Assembly: GCA_964471175.1 (NCBI GenBank)
Contig: CAYYEY010000001.1
Span: 1-54,027, forward strand
Reading direction: 5' to 3'
Origin: an uncultured Candidatus Saccharibacteria bacterium
GTDB taxonomy: Bacteria; Patescibacteriota; Saccharimonadia; Saccharimonadales; Saccharimonadaceae
Length of the DNA stretch: 54,027 nt
Of the stretch, positions 1-9,747 are shown one piece after another. The notes below the pieces were generated by a model. That model saw only the letters and a program-made list of their open reading frames with translations, made no database searches and was not told the origin of the DNA. The position numbers were made by a program, and so were the translations under genes. Each line of letters starts with the position of its first letter. Position 1 is the first letter of the stretch.

Positions 1-49
1 GACCTTTTGGTTATGAGCCAAACGAGCTACCAGGCTGCTCTACCCCGCG
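1..49 (-). tRNA. tRNA-fMet (CAU), 3' part cut off by the window edge
   Basis: The reverse complement reads CGCGGGG TA GAGC AGCCTGGTA GCTC G TTTGG CTCATAA CCAAA AGGTC. The 5' CGCGGGG and the D-arm are essentially those of bacterial initiator tRNA. Confidence 0.92.
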
Positions 50-71
50 ATACAAACTGCGATGTGTATAC

Positions 72-100
72 ATTATACATAAAAACATAAAAAGTGTCAA
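72..100 (-). promoter_or_regulatory. Consensus sigma70 promoter of tRNA-fMet
   Basis: TTGACA (100-95), 17-nt spacer, TATAAT (77-72) on the minus strand. Confidence 0.85.
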
Positions 101-162
101 GAGCTTGCAAGCGTCCATAACATACTGAGTCGTAGTATTCTTTACATCGGTACTAGCTGGAC

Positions 163-1839
163 TTAAGCTTCGCCGCTATTTTTACAGTCATCTAGACCGT
201 CTCCGTCATCTCCGGCCCAGTTAGATTTTTTGCACTTCTGAGTGACATAAAAGTTTTTGTCAGTATCCTCGTTGCCGCTCAAGAATATAGCAGCCTCTGG
301 GAATGGATAGTAGAGATCTACTAGCTCTACACGAACCTCTACACGACGGTATAAATCATTAGCACGTCCAGTAGAGTCAATAGCGGCCTGAACACCAGTA
401 AGTTTAGTGTAATTTCCATCACAAGATTCGGCATTGATATCAGTACAAAGACGAGCGGAAATATCAGTAGTAGGACGACCATAAGGCAGATTAACTTTGA
501 GGAAGCTAGTAGAGGTAGCTGGCGTAGTGTCACGGAAAGTTGGTGGAATTTCTATAACAGCAGTACAGGCATAGGTACCACTGATTGTTGGATCGCAGTT
601 TATAGCTATTGGATTATTATCATATTTATCTGATTGATATAAAACATCATTAGCACTAACAAAATTCTTACCAGAACCGCTTGACACTGGATAAAGCACC
701 AGCATGCCATGATCAGTACCAGAGCTATTACTGTTATTAACACTAAGCTCACCAAAGGAGAAGTAAGGAGTCAAATCCCCATTGCCGATTGTATCCGTTT
801 GGAAAAAGTCAACGGCAAGCACAGGTGGAGTATAAGGCTTATTGGTAGCAGGCTTAAAGCCGAGCATTTTATCTACGCCTCCCTTTTTTGTCGCTTCTAG
901 ATATTGAGTTTGGGCATCTTGAACAAGTTTTTTGATTTCTTCTTCGGAAATCTTTTGAACTTCTTCTTCGGAAATATCCTGATCTTTTTTTGCAATTTCT
1001 AGGAACTCGGTTTTGGATTTTTCTGCAATCTCTTTAATTAGCTCATCGGAGAGAGTTCCATCTTTTGGCTTATACTCAAGATACTGGGTTTGAACAATTC
1101 CTTCAAGTTTTTCGATCTCTGCTTGGGTAAGGCTGACTTCTGAACTAGCTTCTAGCCACTGGACTTCTGGATCGTTTTCGAACTCAAATTCCTCACCAGA
1201 ATAATTTGAATCTATGCCTTCTAATTCGGCGTTAGCAGCATTGGCAGCCGAGAACCAACTAAGCTCAATTGCTTTAGTATTTTTGAAATCAGCAGAACGT
1301 AGAGGGATGATACGAGTATCATCAGTACCACCAAGAGCAGTAAGGTAATCATCATTCTCCTCAGTAATCTTAACACAGGTGTAAGCCTGTTCCATTTCTA
1401 CGGCATTACCATCGTCACCAATACTTTGAGTCTCTTGAATGATGACGTCATGCTGGCCATTTGGATTGCTGCTTTCATCGGTTACACCTTCTTTGTCGCG
1501 GGCGAGAGTTCTTTGGACAACATCACAAGAACCTTTAGCAACAGCGTCCTCGAATTGGTATACTATATATGGACAACCAGATTCGGGGCCAGCGGTAGAA
1601 TTACCAACGGCACCTTGAGAAAGGCAGTCGTGATATTTGATCAAGGCGATTTTGGCATCCTCAATACCGGCAAGTGCAGAGTCATAGGCGGAATTATAAA
1701 GATCAGTGTTGGTGGTTTCGACAGCTTCATTAAGAACGATGCGAATAAAACTTAGAGTAATAACGCCAAAAAGAAGCGTTAAGAAAACTACAATGTAGAA
1801 AGATACTGCGCCGTTTTTGAATGATTTATTGTTACACAT
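163..1839 (-). CDS. PilX-like type IV minor pilin with an internal acidic helical insertion
   Basis: N-terminal GAVSFYIVVFLTLLFGVITLSF hydrophobic helix followed by SAYDSALAGIEDAK (PilX N-terminal pattern); C-terminal AAIDSTGRANDLYRRVEVRV. Start moved to ATG 1839, which overlaps the upstream stop. Confidence 0.75.
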   Translation of the reverse strand: MCNNKSFKNGAVSFYIVVFLTLLFGVITLSFIRIVLNEAVETTNTDLYNSAYDSALAGIEDAKIALIKYHDCLSQGAVGNSTAGPESGCPYIVYQFEDAVAKGSCDVVQRTLARDKEGVTDESSNPNGQHDVIIQETQSIGDDGNAVEMEQAYTCVKITEENDDYLTALGGTDDTRIIPLRSADFKNTKAIELSWFSAANAANAELEGIDSNYSGEEFEFENDPEVQWLEASSEVSLTQAEIEKLEGIVQTQYLEYKPKDGTLSDELIKEIAEKSKTEFLEIAKKDQDISEEEVQKISEEEIKKLVQDAQTQYLEATKKGGVDKMLGFKPATNKPYTPPVLAVDFFQTDTIGNGDLTPYFSFGELSVNNSNSSGTDHGMLVLYPVSSGSGKNFVSANDVLYQSDKYDNNPIAINCDPTISGTYACTAVIEIPPTFRDTTPATSTSFLKVNLPYGRPTTDISARLCTDINAESCDGNYTKLTGVQAAIDSTGRANDLYRRVEVRVELVDLYYPFPEAAIFLSGNEDTDKNFYVTQKCKKSNWAGDDGDGLDDCKNSGEA

Positions 1840-2716
1840 CTGTTGTTTCTCCTGTTGCCTGTGAGGCAAAATTAAATTTATTTATTGCACAATAGGTAAA
1901 TTCGCCAAAGTTATTACTGGCGGGCTCTTTACAGTAATTACCGTTTGCCATGATATCGACATTGCCTTGAATTGTGGCAAGAATAAAGGTACCAGAATAG
2001 AAAGCTTGACCAGAGTAATCATGACGAGCAGGATGGAATATTTTTAGATCATAAAGGGCTAAGTTGGATTCAGCAGAAGCTAGAAGCTCGCTTGGCGCAC
2101 CTCCGGCAGGAAGTTCGTAGGTAATATTAGTATTATTGGTACTGTAAGTATAGGTGTTGCCATTGAGGTTATTTTCACAGACTCTACCGAGTGGATCATA
2201 AACCCGAAGCAAACGGAAATCACTGCTCTCGACAGAAGCGCCACTGGAATCAGTGTATTTAACCTTGGCACGGTAAATATCAGCATCTGGGTTTGCGGGA
2301 TCTAAGACATAACCGGTGTTCCAGATATAACTATAGAGTCCGGTGCAAAAATTGCCGGTAGTAGGTACTGGTTTGCTAGGAAAATCACCGCGAATTTTGA
2401 ACTTATCTGATTCATATTGACGGTAAATTAATTTAAAAGCGCCATCATTTATACAATTCTCTTTATTGGCATCATCAACGCCAGAACAGCGAGTATAAGT
2501 ACTAATAACAGTAGAGGCCGAAATAGAACGAGAGAATTGATCAATTAACTCGCGACCGGCATCATTAACCGCTTGAATAGATAGCGTTTTTTGGTAGATT
2601 GTAGTCATCTGGAAAATAATAAAAGTGAGCATAATAAGCAAAGTAGAGACAAAACCAATAGAAAGACTAAGCTCCACAAAGGTAAAACCAGTTTTATGAT
2701 TAAAATTACTTGCCAT
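1832..2716 (-). CDS. Prepilin-type (PilW-like) minor pilin
   Basis: Class III signal KTG|FTFVELSLSIGFV with Glu at +5, hydrophobic helix, and paired Cys residues. Confidence 0.8.
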   Translation of the reverse strand: MASNFNHKTGFTFVELSLSIGFVSTLLIMLTFIIFQMTTIYQKTLSIQAVNDAGRELIDQFSRSISASTVISTYTRCSGVDDANKENCINDGAFKLIYRQYESDKFKIRGDFPSKPVPTTGNFCTGLYSYIWNTGYVLDPANPDADIYRAKVKYTDSSGASVESSDFRLLRVYDPLGRVCENNLNGNTYTYSTNNTNITYELPAGGAPSELLASAESNLALYDLKIFHPARHDYSGQAFYSGTFILATIQGNVDIMANGNYCKEPASNNFGEFTYCAINKFNFASQATGETTDV

Positions 2717-3551
2717 CGTTCAGCCTTTCTACTAATTCTGGATTATATAAACGAATAATAGTGCCGATAGTACTAGGACGGTTATTGTGCGGACCGTACC
2801 AACAAGTGCGAATGTGATAATCAAAGAACTCTGGGATCAGTTCGGCCGTACCACCACTATTAACAACACGACTCTTAGTTTCATCTCGAACGGCAATGAT
2901 CCAAATACCTTCTGCTCTAGATAAATAGCGATATTCACCAGTCTCGGACAGTTCCACCTCGGAGTTCTTAGTGGGGCTAGGGTTTTTATCAGTAAAGAGT
3001 ACTCGTGGATAGAGTGGCGCCTCTGCAAAAGCATCTGGCTGGGCCTTGGTAGTAATCACAATTTTATCAAGATCTTTTATGCCTTCATTGAAACTTTTAT
3101 CCTCTGGGTCGATCATACGACTATTCATAATAAATGCCACGATGTTGGAATTGAAAATACTCTTTGTACTAGAGCTGTCATAAATCTCGGAACAACTAGA
3201 GACAGAGAGCTCTGGGATGTTTTTAGCTTCGTTCCCTACGCCAGTAACCCCGTCGCTATTAATACTTTTGCTACTACGGCTAAGTTTGTTCCAAAGATCA
3301 CGGTATTGTTGGTTTTCTATTACTTCCTCACGTTCAAGGGTGAAGGCATTATGAATAAAACGAATAGCTTCAGCTTGAGCATCCATTTCATTCCTGGCCA
3401 TTGTAACTTCTAGTGCGCCTTCCGCAGCATTAAGACCAGCGTTCATGATATTAATGGAGACAATAGAAACGAGAGCAAAAATTGCAATGGCAAAAGCGAC
3501 TTCTACCAAAGTATCGCCGCGATTTGATTTAGCTGACGTTATTTTTTGCAT
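2706..3551 (-). CDS. Prepilin-type (PilV-like) minor pilin
   Basis: RG|DTLVEVAFAIAIF class III signal with Asp at +1 and Glu at +5. Confidence 0.8.
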   Translation of the reverse strand: MQKITSAKSNRGDTLVEVAFAIAIFALVSIVSINIMNAGLNAAEGALEVTMARNEMDAQAEAIRFIHNAFTLEREEVIENQQYRDLWNKLSRSSKSINSDGVTGVGNEAKNIPELSVSSCSEIYDSSSTKSIFNSNIVAFIMNSRMIDPEDKSFNEGIKDLDKIVITTKAQPDAFAEAPLYPRVLFTDKNPSPTKNSEVELSETGEYRYLSRAEGIWIIAVRDETKSRVVNSGGTAELIPEFFDYHIRTCWYGPHNNRPSTIGTIIRLYNPELVERLNDGK

Positions 3552-4537
3552 ACATTACCTCCCGCGCTAGGGTCTTTGTCTGATTCTACAAATTCAACAG
3601 CCGTAGCATTATGCCCATCGGATTTAATGCGAATGTTATTACGAATTGAAATGCCAGCAAACAGATCGTCAGAATTAACACAAATATTGACATCTTGGAA
3701 TACAAAGCCGGAATTTGCATCGGTTGAATTGTGGAGATACTGAGAAAGGTCAGCCTTGGCATTGCTGACAGCAGTAATAACCTGCTGCGCGCTAGGATTG
3801 CTGTCACTAATATTTCGATAGTCTATATTGTCAATGAAATCATGATACGGGAGAGTGCGATTTAGGAAATAGGTACGAACAGCACCGGAGGAAGGTGCGC
3901 GAACAATCATAAGACTACCATGGAAAGCGCTACCATCTGGGTTTTCAGCACGAGCGCCCCATGTAGGGTCGTATGTGCCATAGTTTGCAGCAGTCTCAAG
4001 CGAAACAAGGCTGGCATTGGTTTTGGATGGAACAAGCGCGAGAACATCTGCATTAACCATATTAAGTTCCTCAATAGCAGTATTATTACCGACCAAAATT
4101 GGATTAAGAAAATCTGAGATACGACCAATCACATCATATACATAAATAGTATTTTTGTCGTTCTCACCAAAGGAAATCAACTTGCCATAGATAGCGCAAC
4201 CCGAACGACCAGGGTAGCTTTCATCAGGATTAACATTAGCAGCTACAGAGGCACTAATTGCTGCTGCCTTACCGGCAAGCGTGCAATAATCATTTTGAGA
4301 TTTGATTTGACCAGAACGCGTATTCTCAACGTTAATAACTTCAGAGTAGACCGAACGAATGAAATCAGCAAAACTAGTAGTAGAATCTTTATAACGTTGC
4401 GAGCCAACGCGAGAAGCAATAGTAACGGCAAAAGCTACAGCCATAATGGTGGTAATAGCAATCACAAAGGCAACTTCTACCATGGTGAAGGCGTGAAGTT
4501 CGGTTTTTTGCTTACTTCTTTTTATATTGATTCCCAT
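3539..4537 (-). CDS. Prepilin-type (FimU/FimT-like) minor pilin
   Basis: HA|FTMVEVAFVIAI class III signal; first pilin of the cluster. Confidence 0.75.
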   Translation of the reverse strand: MGINIKRSKQKTELHAFTMVEVAFVIAITTIMAVAFAVTIASRVGSQRYKDSTTSFADFIRSVYSEVINVENTRSGQIKSQNDYCTLAGKAAAISASVAANVNPDESYPGRSGCAIYGKLISFGENDKNTIYVYDVIGRISDFLNPILVGNNTAIEELNMVNADVLALVPSKTNASLVSLETAANYGTYDPTWGARAENPDGSAFHGSLMIVRAPSSGAVRTYFLNRTLPYHDFIDNIDYRNISDSNPSAQQVITAVSNAKADLSQYLHNSTDANSGFVFQDVNICVNSDDLFAGISIRNNIRIKSDGHNATAVEFVESDKDPSAGGNVCKK

Positions 4538-4546
4538 TTGAGCCCC

Positions 4547-7500
4547 CTAATATCTAGGCGCGAGTTCGCGGGTATAAGTAACGTTAGCCTGAGAGAAACG
4601 CTGAGACTGGCCATAAGCCCAGTAAAGTGTGTCTGGGCGGAGATTGAATATTTCTCCTGGGGTAATAGACCCGTCGTTGGCAAGATTCTTATAAAGAACG
4701 TTGTCGGTATCTTTAGTACCACTACCTGGGTTAGCACCAGCAGTGCGGTTGAGACTAAGACCGGTAGCTATCACTGGACCATTAATTATTAATGGATTAT
4801 TACAAACATCAGAGCCACTAGTACCGCGATGGAATTCTACACAGGTATTAACCTTGCCGGTTTGAGAAATGACCCAGGCATCAATTTGGTTAACATCTTG
4901 GGTGATTTCAATACCTTTCTTTGCAATAATAAGAATTTGTGGAATACTATAAATACTAGAATAGTAATCACTATTTCTACCTTGCAAGGTGAGACTATTA
5001 CCATCATTATTAACACTACAACTACCAGAGCCAGTACAAATATTGGTATCGATAGTGAGCTTACCATTAACATAAATTACGAGAGTATTGCTAGCGTAAT
5101 TTGAAGTGGTTTGCTGACTCTTGTCGTCTACATCGCTCTTGGTCTGTCTAATATATGAATCTGTAAAGGTGGTATTGGTAAGAAGTGATGAATTGGCCCC
5201 ACTAATATTGTGAATGTTACTGGTTTTGTAGTCCTCATTAATATTGACATAGACTGCTCCGTTTTGGAGAATTTTTACTTCGTTGCTGCTAGACGGATTC
5301 GTGTAACGAGAGTAGATACGTTCCAAGATGCCATCCATACTCTTTCCAACGTTGGCATAGCCAATAACCTTATCCATATAGGTATTATCTGATGTGCCCT
5401 GGCACTTAGTATTTGCAATAGTCATCTTAGAAAGTTTACAGAACGAAGTACCTGGACTACGTCCACCCTGTAAGCCGAGTGAGGTATTTTTATTCTTACC
5501 CCAGTAGCCTAAGCCAGCAGCGGAGGAGAAGCCAATTACTTCATCGTTGGCAATGACATAATATTCATCCCAGGAACCAAAGAGGCCAGTAGGATCTTTG
5601 CTATCACCAAGATGCGCATCGACGTGTTTTTCGGTCTGACTAGTAACAATAGCACCATTAGTATAGAAGTGGCCGTTCCAAACTTGGAAATTAGGTTTCT
5701 TGGCAATAGTGCGACAAGAAGCACCAGAAACTCGCCAACCAGAGCCAGACTCACTAGAAGCTCCACTGACTTGGCCACCATCTGGTTGTTGATGAGAATC
5801 GGAGTGAGAAATACCAACAGCCACACAGTATTTGGCACCGACAAGATCGTCATCATCATCTGGCACTACTCTATGCTCTGCATCAAATTCTGTATAGCCA
5901 TTGTATAGACCTTGAGCATTTTGCATTGGACCTTTATCCCAAATTGTGATGCACTCTCCCATATCGTCGCCAAATTTGCCACTATAATATGTACATGGGT
6001 CATCATCTGTACCGCCCATGTCTATACCAGAGACATCGTCGTCGGTAAAATCGTGGTTGACGCTAACGATAAATTCTACTGCTTGAATGCTACCACTTGA
6101 AAGAGTGGCATATTGTTCTCCTTCATGGACCATGTCATTACTACGTGGCAAGATAGAGACAGAGAAGTTAGATGATACGGTTTCTCCGAGATAGATTCTC
6201 TCTTTTTCAACAATTTCAGAGGTGGCAGCAGTGTAATAATTATACGGGACATTAACTTGTGCGGTTTGACCTTCTATACCCTCATCTCTCATACCGGTAG
6301 AATAATCATAAACTGGAGTAACGTAGTTTGGACCACTAGTGCCCTTACACTCACAGCCATCGCCACCAGTATTAGTGCAATCTACCATGCATTCATAATA
6401 ACAAGTTTCGCAACTTTCTTTCCCGTCTGCGTCAGTCTTACAGTTACATGCATACGAACATATATCTGGGCGGTGCCAGCCTTTACAACCACATTGAGGC
6501 GTATCGCAGTCACGAGGGTGATTGGCGGTGTCGCCGGCATGCTTAACGATCAACCCCCACTCATTAACGCCTGCGCCAAGAGCTGATTTATAATCTTCGT
6601 ATGGTTCACTACGTACGTTGGAGTTATTTTCCTCCAGTGTATTATATCCAGGAATTGAGCCAGGTTTGGTCTTGCTGGCTACATATGGTTCTTCACCCTC
6701 TGGGTCTTGAGTACAACCGAGACAATCACCAGTTTCGTTATGGCGCCACATCTGCCAGGCAGTAGCCTTATTATACTGGATGGTCTGAGAAATTTGGCCC
6801 TCACCATCACCAACGTCTGATTCGACACCGCCGTTATTAGCAATGGCAGGACAAGAATAGCCACTGACACCTGGGATATGATAGCCATAGTCTACCCATC
6901 CTGGTGGGAAATCGAAGATATTACAAGCATACTTTGCTTTGTCTGCACCTTTGCTACTTGGAGAAAGCACCACAAAGGCGTAATCTCCGGTTTTTTCTAC
7001 GTCATTATCGGTGAAGCCAACACCAGTAGCGCCAATAGTCTCTTGGTGAGGATCTTGCAAATTACGCTTCAAGCCGTTAGCGCCACCAGAAATGACTTGT
7101 TCATTCTCACCAAAGAGGTATTTCTCATTTTTAACAGCACTAAGTGCAAACCAAACCTCTGTGACTGGCGTGCCAAAAGTCCTAGCATTACCACCTGGGA
7201 ATATCGCCCAAGGGCTCCTTGAGTTACCAACGCTACCACCTACTGCACCAACTCCCCAACAATAATCTACTGAAAACCTGATACTATCACCTGGCCTGGC
7301 CCAAACAGTGTTGCCCTTTTCATCAAAGGTGACGTTTTCTGCGGTGGTAAGGTTTGCTACGGCTACATGACCTTCTACCCAGCCAGCATGAGAACCTACA
7401 TGGCAGCTAGGAAGTGGGGGGATGTAGGCAGGTGGTTCGTCAGGCTCACAGAGGCCAAGTGCACATAAGTCTTCATCTGGAGGAAGATTTGTAAGTAGAC

Positions 7501-8143
7501 CATCGAGACCACCGAAACCGTTAAAGAGTGGGTTCATTAATAAATCAATTAGCAATTTCCCTGATCCTAACATTTGCTGGTAGATTGCTAAAACTTGGCT
7601 TTCTGGTAAGCCTAAGCCATCTTTACGATATTGCATACCGTAAACTTGCTTTGCATAGTAGGCGGCAGCAAACTCCTTCATGAAGGAACCGTCCGCCTTT
7701 TGGATACCGGCTACTGGAATGGCGGTGATAAAATCGCCAGCTTTAACCTGGACTGGAACGCCGTTAATCTTGATAGTACCATCACGCTGGGCATAGACAC
7801 CATAGACATAGTAGTCTGAGCCAGGTGCAGCTTGGCCTGTTTTAATTGTCTGGGATGGAATTTTAATAGAGCCGTAGTCAACTGATGGGTACGTGATTGA
7901 ACCAGAGGCAGGAGTTTTTATTTTTGTCCAACCAGTACCGCGACTATTGATAATACTATTACAAGATTCGCCACAATTACGGGCAGTGCTGGAATTTCCT
8001 GGGCCTTCTATAATGTGTTCGCTATAACCAGGTGCGCCAGGCACAGGTGTGGCGGTTGCTGCAAACGCAGATTCCCCAATAGCAAAAATAGAAAAGAGGG
8101 CAATGGCCAAAACTGATACTTTTATTAATACCTTACTCCTCAT
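4547..8143 (-). CDS. Large secreted Cys-rich protein (~1198 aa), putative pilus-associated adhesin
   Basis: Signal peptide MRSKVLIKVSVLAIALFSIFAIGESAFA; rich in Gly, Cys and Asp; C-terminus ...PGEIFNLRPDTLYWAY...YTRELAPRY. It occupies the PilY1/PilC-like slot next to the minor pilins. Start set at ATG 8143. Confidence 0.7.
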   Translation of the reverse strand: MRSKVLIKVSVLAIALFSIFAIGESAFAATATPVPGAPGYSEHIIEGPGNSSTARNCGESCNSIINSRGTGWTKIKTPASGSITYPSVDYGSIKIPSQTIKTGQAAPGSDYYVYGVYAQRDGTIKINGVPVQVKAGDFITAIPVAGIQKADGSFMKEFAAAYYAKQVYGMQYRKDGLGLPESQVLAIYQQMLGSGKLLIDLLMNPLFNGFGGLDGLLTNLPPDEDLCALGLCEPDEPPAYIPPLPSCHVGSHAGWVEGHVAVANLTTAENVTFDEKGNTVWARPGDSIRFSVDYCWGVGAVGGSVGNSRSPWAIFPGGNARTFGTPVTEVWFALSAVKNEKYLFGENEQVISGGANGLKRNLQDPHQETIGATGVGFTDNDVEKTGDYAFVVLSPSSKGADKAKYACNIFDFPPGWVDYGYHIPGVSGYSCPAIANNGGVESDVGDGEGQISQTIQYNKATAWQMWRHNETGDCLGCTQDPEGEEPYVASKTKPGSIPGYNTLEENNSNVRSEPYEDYKSALGAGVNEWGLIVKHAGDTANHPRDCDTPQCGCKGWHRPDICSYACNCKTDADGKESCETCYYECMVDCTNTGGDGCECKGTSGPNYVTPVYDYSTGMRDEGIEGQTAQVNVPYNYYTAATSEIVEKERIYLGETVSSNFSVSILPRSNDMVHEGEQYATLSSGSIQAVEFIVSVNHDFTDDDVSGIDMGGTDDDPCTYYSGKFGDDMGECITIWDKGPMQNAQGLYNGYTEFDAEHRVVPDDDDDLVGAKYCVAVGISHSDSHQQPDGGQVSGASSESGSGWRVSGASCRTIAKKPNFQVWNGHFYTNGAIVTSQTEKHVDAHLGDSKDPTGLFGSWDEYYVIANDEVIGFSSAAGLGYWGKNKNTSLGLQGGRSPGTSFCKLSKMTIANTKCQGTSDNTYMDKVIGYANVGKSMDGILERIYSRYTNPSSSNEVKILQNGAVYVNINEDYKTSNIHNISGANSSLLTNTTFTDSYIRQTKSDVDDKSQQTTSNYASNTLVIYVNGKLTIDTNICTGSGSCSVNNDGNSLTLQGRNSDYYSSIYSIPQILIIAKKGIEITQDVNQIDAWVISQTGKVNTCVEFHRGTSGSDVCNNPLIINGPVIATGLSLNRTAGANPGSGTKDTDNVLYKNLANDGSITPGEIFNLRPDTLYWAYGQSQRFSQANVTYTRELAPRY

Positions 8144-8915
8144 TTTCAGCCTCCGTCTCCGAATTAGCTTCGGCATTTAGGCTAGTTTCGTCAGCCTTGA
8201 CTTCTTGAGCGCTGCCAAAACCACTGACAGTTTCAATTTTGTTTTCTGGTATGTTTAGTCCATCAATCAAATCACGAATCATTTCGACTTTAGTTGTATC
8301 ACCTTCCCCACTATAAATACGCTCTAGGACACTATAAATACTATATTTTTGAGTGTCATTCTTGGCATAGTTAGATAAGGAAACGGCGGAATTGACGGCT
8401 TTTTTGCTGCCACCTTCGTATGCTAGCTGCGAGCCAAAAGCGCGGATAGCAAAGATTAAGTCCTCATCTTGATTAGCGTCGGTCATGTCCTGAAGGAGAT
8501 TGCTAACATAGTAAAGGGCCTCTTTGTAGTATGCAGTACCGCTATCAATGTCTGAATAGACGATTTTATATGCACGCTCTTCCGCTTCTGAAAGGGTGGT
8601 TGGTAATTCCTCGTCAGTGCGAGAACCCCAAGTGCCACGCTTGCCAAGATTTAAAATAACAAAAATAAGCATCACGATAACGATGATGCCAATAAGTGAA
8701 CCAAAAATGATAAATAGAGTCTTTCTAGTGATATGGGTGCGACGTTTTTCGACTTTATCTTTGTCCTTTCTCTTATTGTCACCCTTGACATTGGCAAAAT
8801 ATTCCGTGGTGGCTTTGTCACCAATGCCGGAAGAATGAAAAGAGGCGGCGGCGTTGCCTGTATTTGCGGAAACTTCACCCACCTGGCCATTTGAGCTCTC
8901 TTGACCTTTATCCAT
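8133..8915 (-). CDS. Single-pass membrane protein with a helical extracellular domain; first gene of the pilin operon
   Basis: 260-aa ORF with a basic patch then a TM segment (LFIIFGSLIGIIVIVMLIFVIL). Its stop overlaps the adhesin start; TGCTAAAAT lies 6 nt upstream of the ATG. Confidence 0.75.
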   Translation of the reverse strand: MDKGQESSNGQVGEVSANTGNAAASFHSSGIGDKATTEYFANVKGDNKRKDKDKVEKRRTHITRKTLFIIFGSLIGIIVIVMLIFVILNLGKRGTWGSRTDEELPTTLSEAEERAYKIVYSDIDSGTAYYKEALYYVSNLLQDMTDANQDEDLIFAIRAFGSQLAYEGGSKKAVNSAVSLSNYAKNDTQKYSIYSVLERIYSGEGDTTKVEMIRDLIDGLNIPENKIETVSGFGSAQEVKADETSLNAEANSETEAENEE

Positions 8916-8979
8916 GGTCTTATTTTAGCACAAGCGGAAAAAAGTAACAAGTTTTTTTATTTTAGTGTAAAATGTAATT

Positions 8980-9747
8980 ATGGAAAAGAATAAATCTACT
9001 GGCAAAAAGAACGTCAAGAAAAACACTAATACTTCTAGTGAGAAAAAAAGGAAGCGTTCGCGTTGGTCGACAACATCTATTATTTTACTAGTTAGTGGCA
9101 TTGTTTTGGTGATGGGTGGAGCCGTACTGGCATGGCGCATTGTTGAAAATAATAAGATGAAAGAAGTTGATAGCGAGGATCAAGCCGTGCAAGATATTCT
9201 TGAGCTTTATTTCTATGGCAACAAAGGGTGTTTTGATAATAAAAACAATTTCTTTAGCGATAAGAAAGTGACTTTAAATACCATTAGTCAAGATATTAGA
9301 GATAATATTGTGATTAGCTATCTGGCTTATGATAGAGCGTCTAGCATTACTTATGATGAAATGAACGAGGTCTACCATAAATTCTTTGGAAATAGTAGTG
9401 ACCTAACCAAAAAGGATTCTTACTCCGTAATAGAAGGCACTTATCAGTTGCGCGAGAGTGGAGAAAATTACAAATTAACCGCAAATTGTGCACCTCCAGA
9501 ACTAAGAACCTGCATAATACTTGATAAAGCCTACAAGAATGATAACTACGTTGAGGTTGATTTGAAGGCATTTACCATCGATAAAAATACTGGCAAAATC
9601 TATGCTGGAGTAAATACTGAGGGGGAAAGTTATGAAAACAGTATTCTTAATGAAATGAGTAATGTGGATCTGCCAAAGTGGAAAGTAATATTTAAAAAGA
9701 ATAGTAATACTGATAATTACATCTTAAACTCGGCAAGTAAAATTTAG
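8980..9747 (+). CDS. Hypothetical membrane-anchored extracellular protein
   Basis: 255 aa with a Lys-rich N-terminus and one TM helix; TAAAAT lies 6 nt upstream of the ATG. Confidence 0.8.
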   Translation: MEKNKSTGKKNVKKNTNTSSEKKRKRSRWSTTSIILLVSGIVLVMGGAVLAWRIVENNKMKEVDSEDQAVQDILELYFYGNKGCFDNKNNFFSDKKVTLNTISQDIRDNIVISYLAYDRASSITYDEMNEVYHKFFGNSSDLTKKDSYSVIEGTYQLRESGENYKLTANCAPPELRTCIILDKAYKNDNYVEVDLKAFTIDKNTGKIYAGVNTEGESYENSILNEMSNVDLPKWKVIFKKNSNTDNYILNSASKI

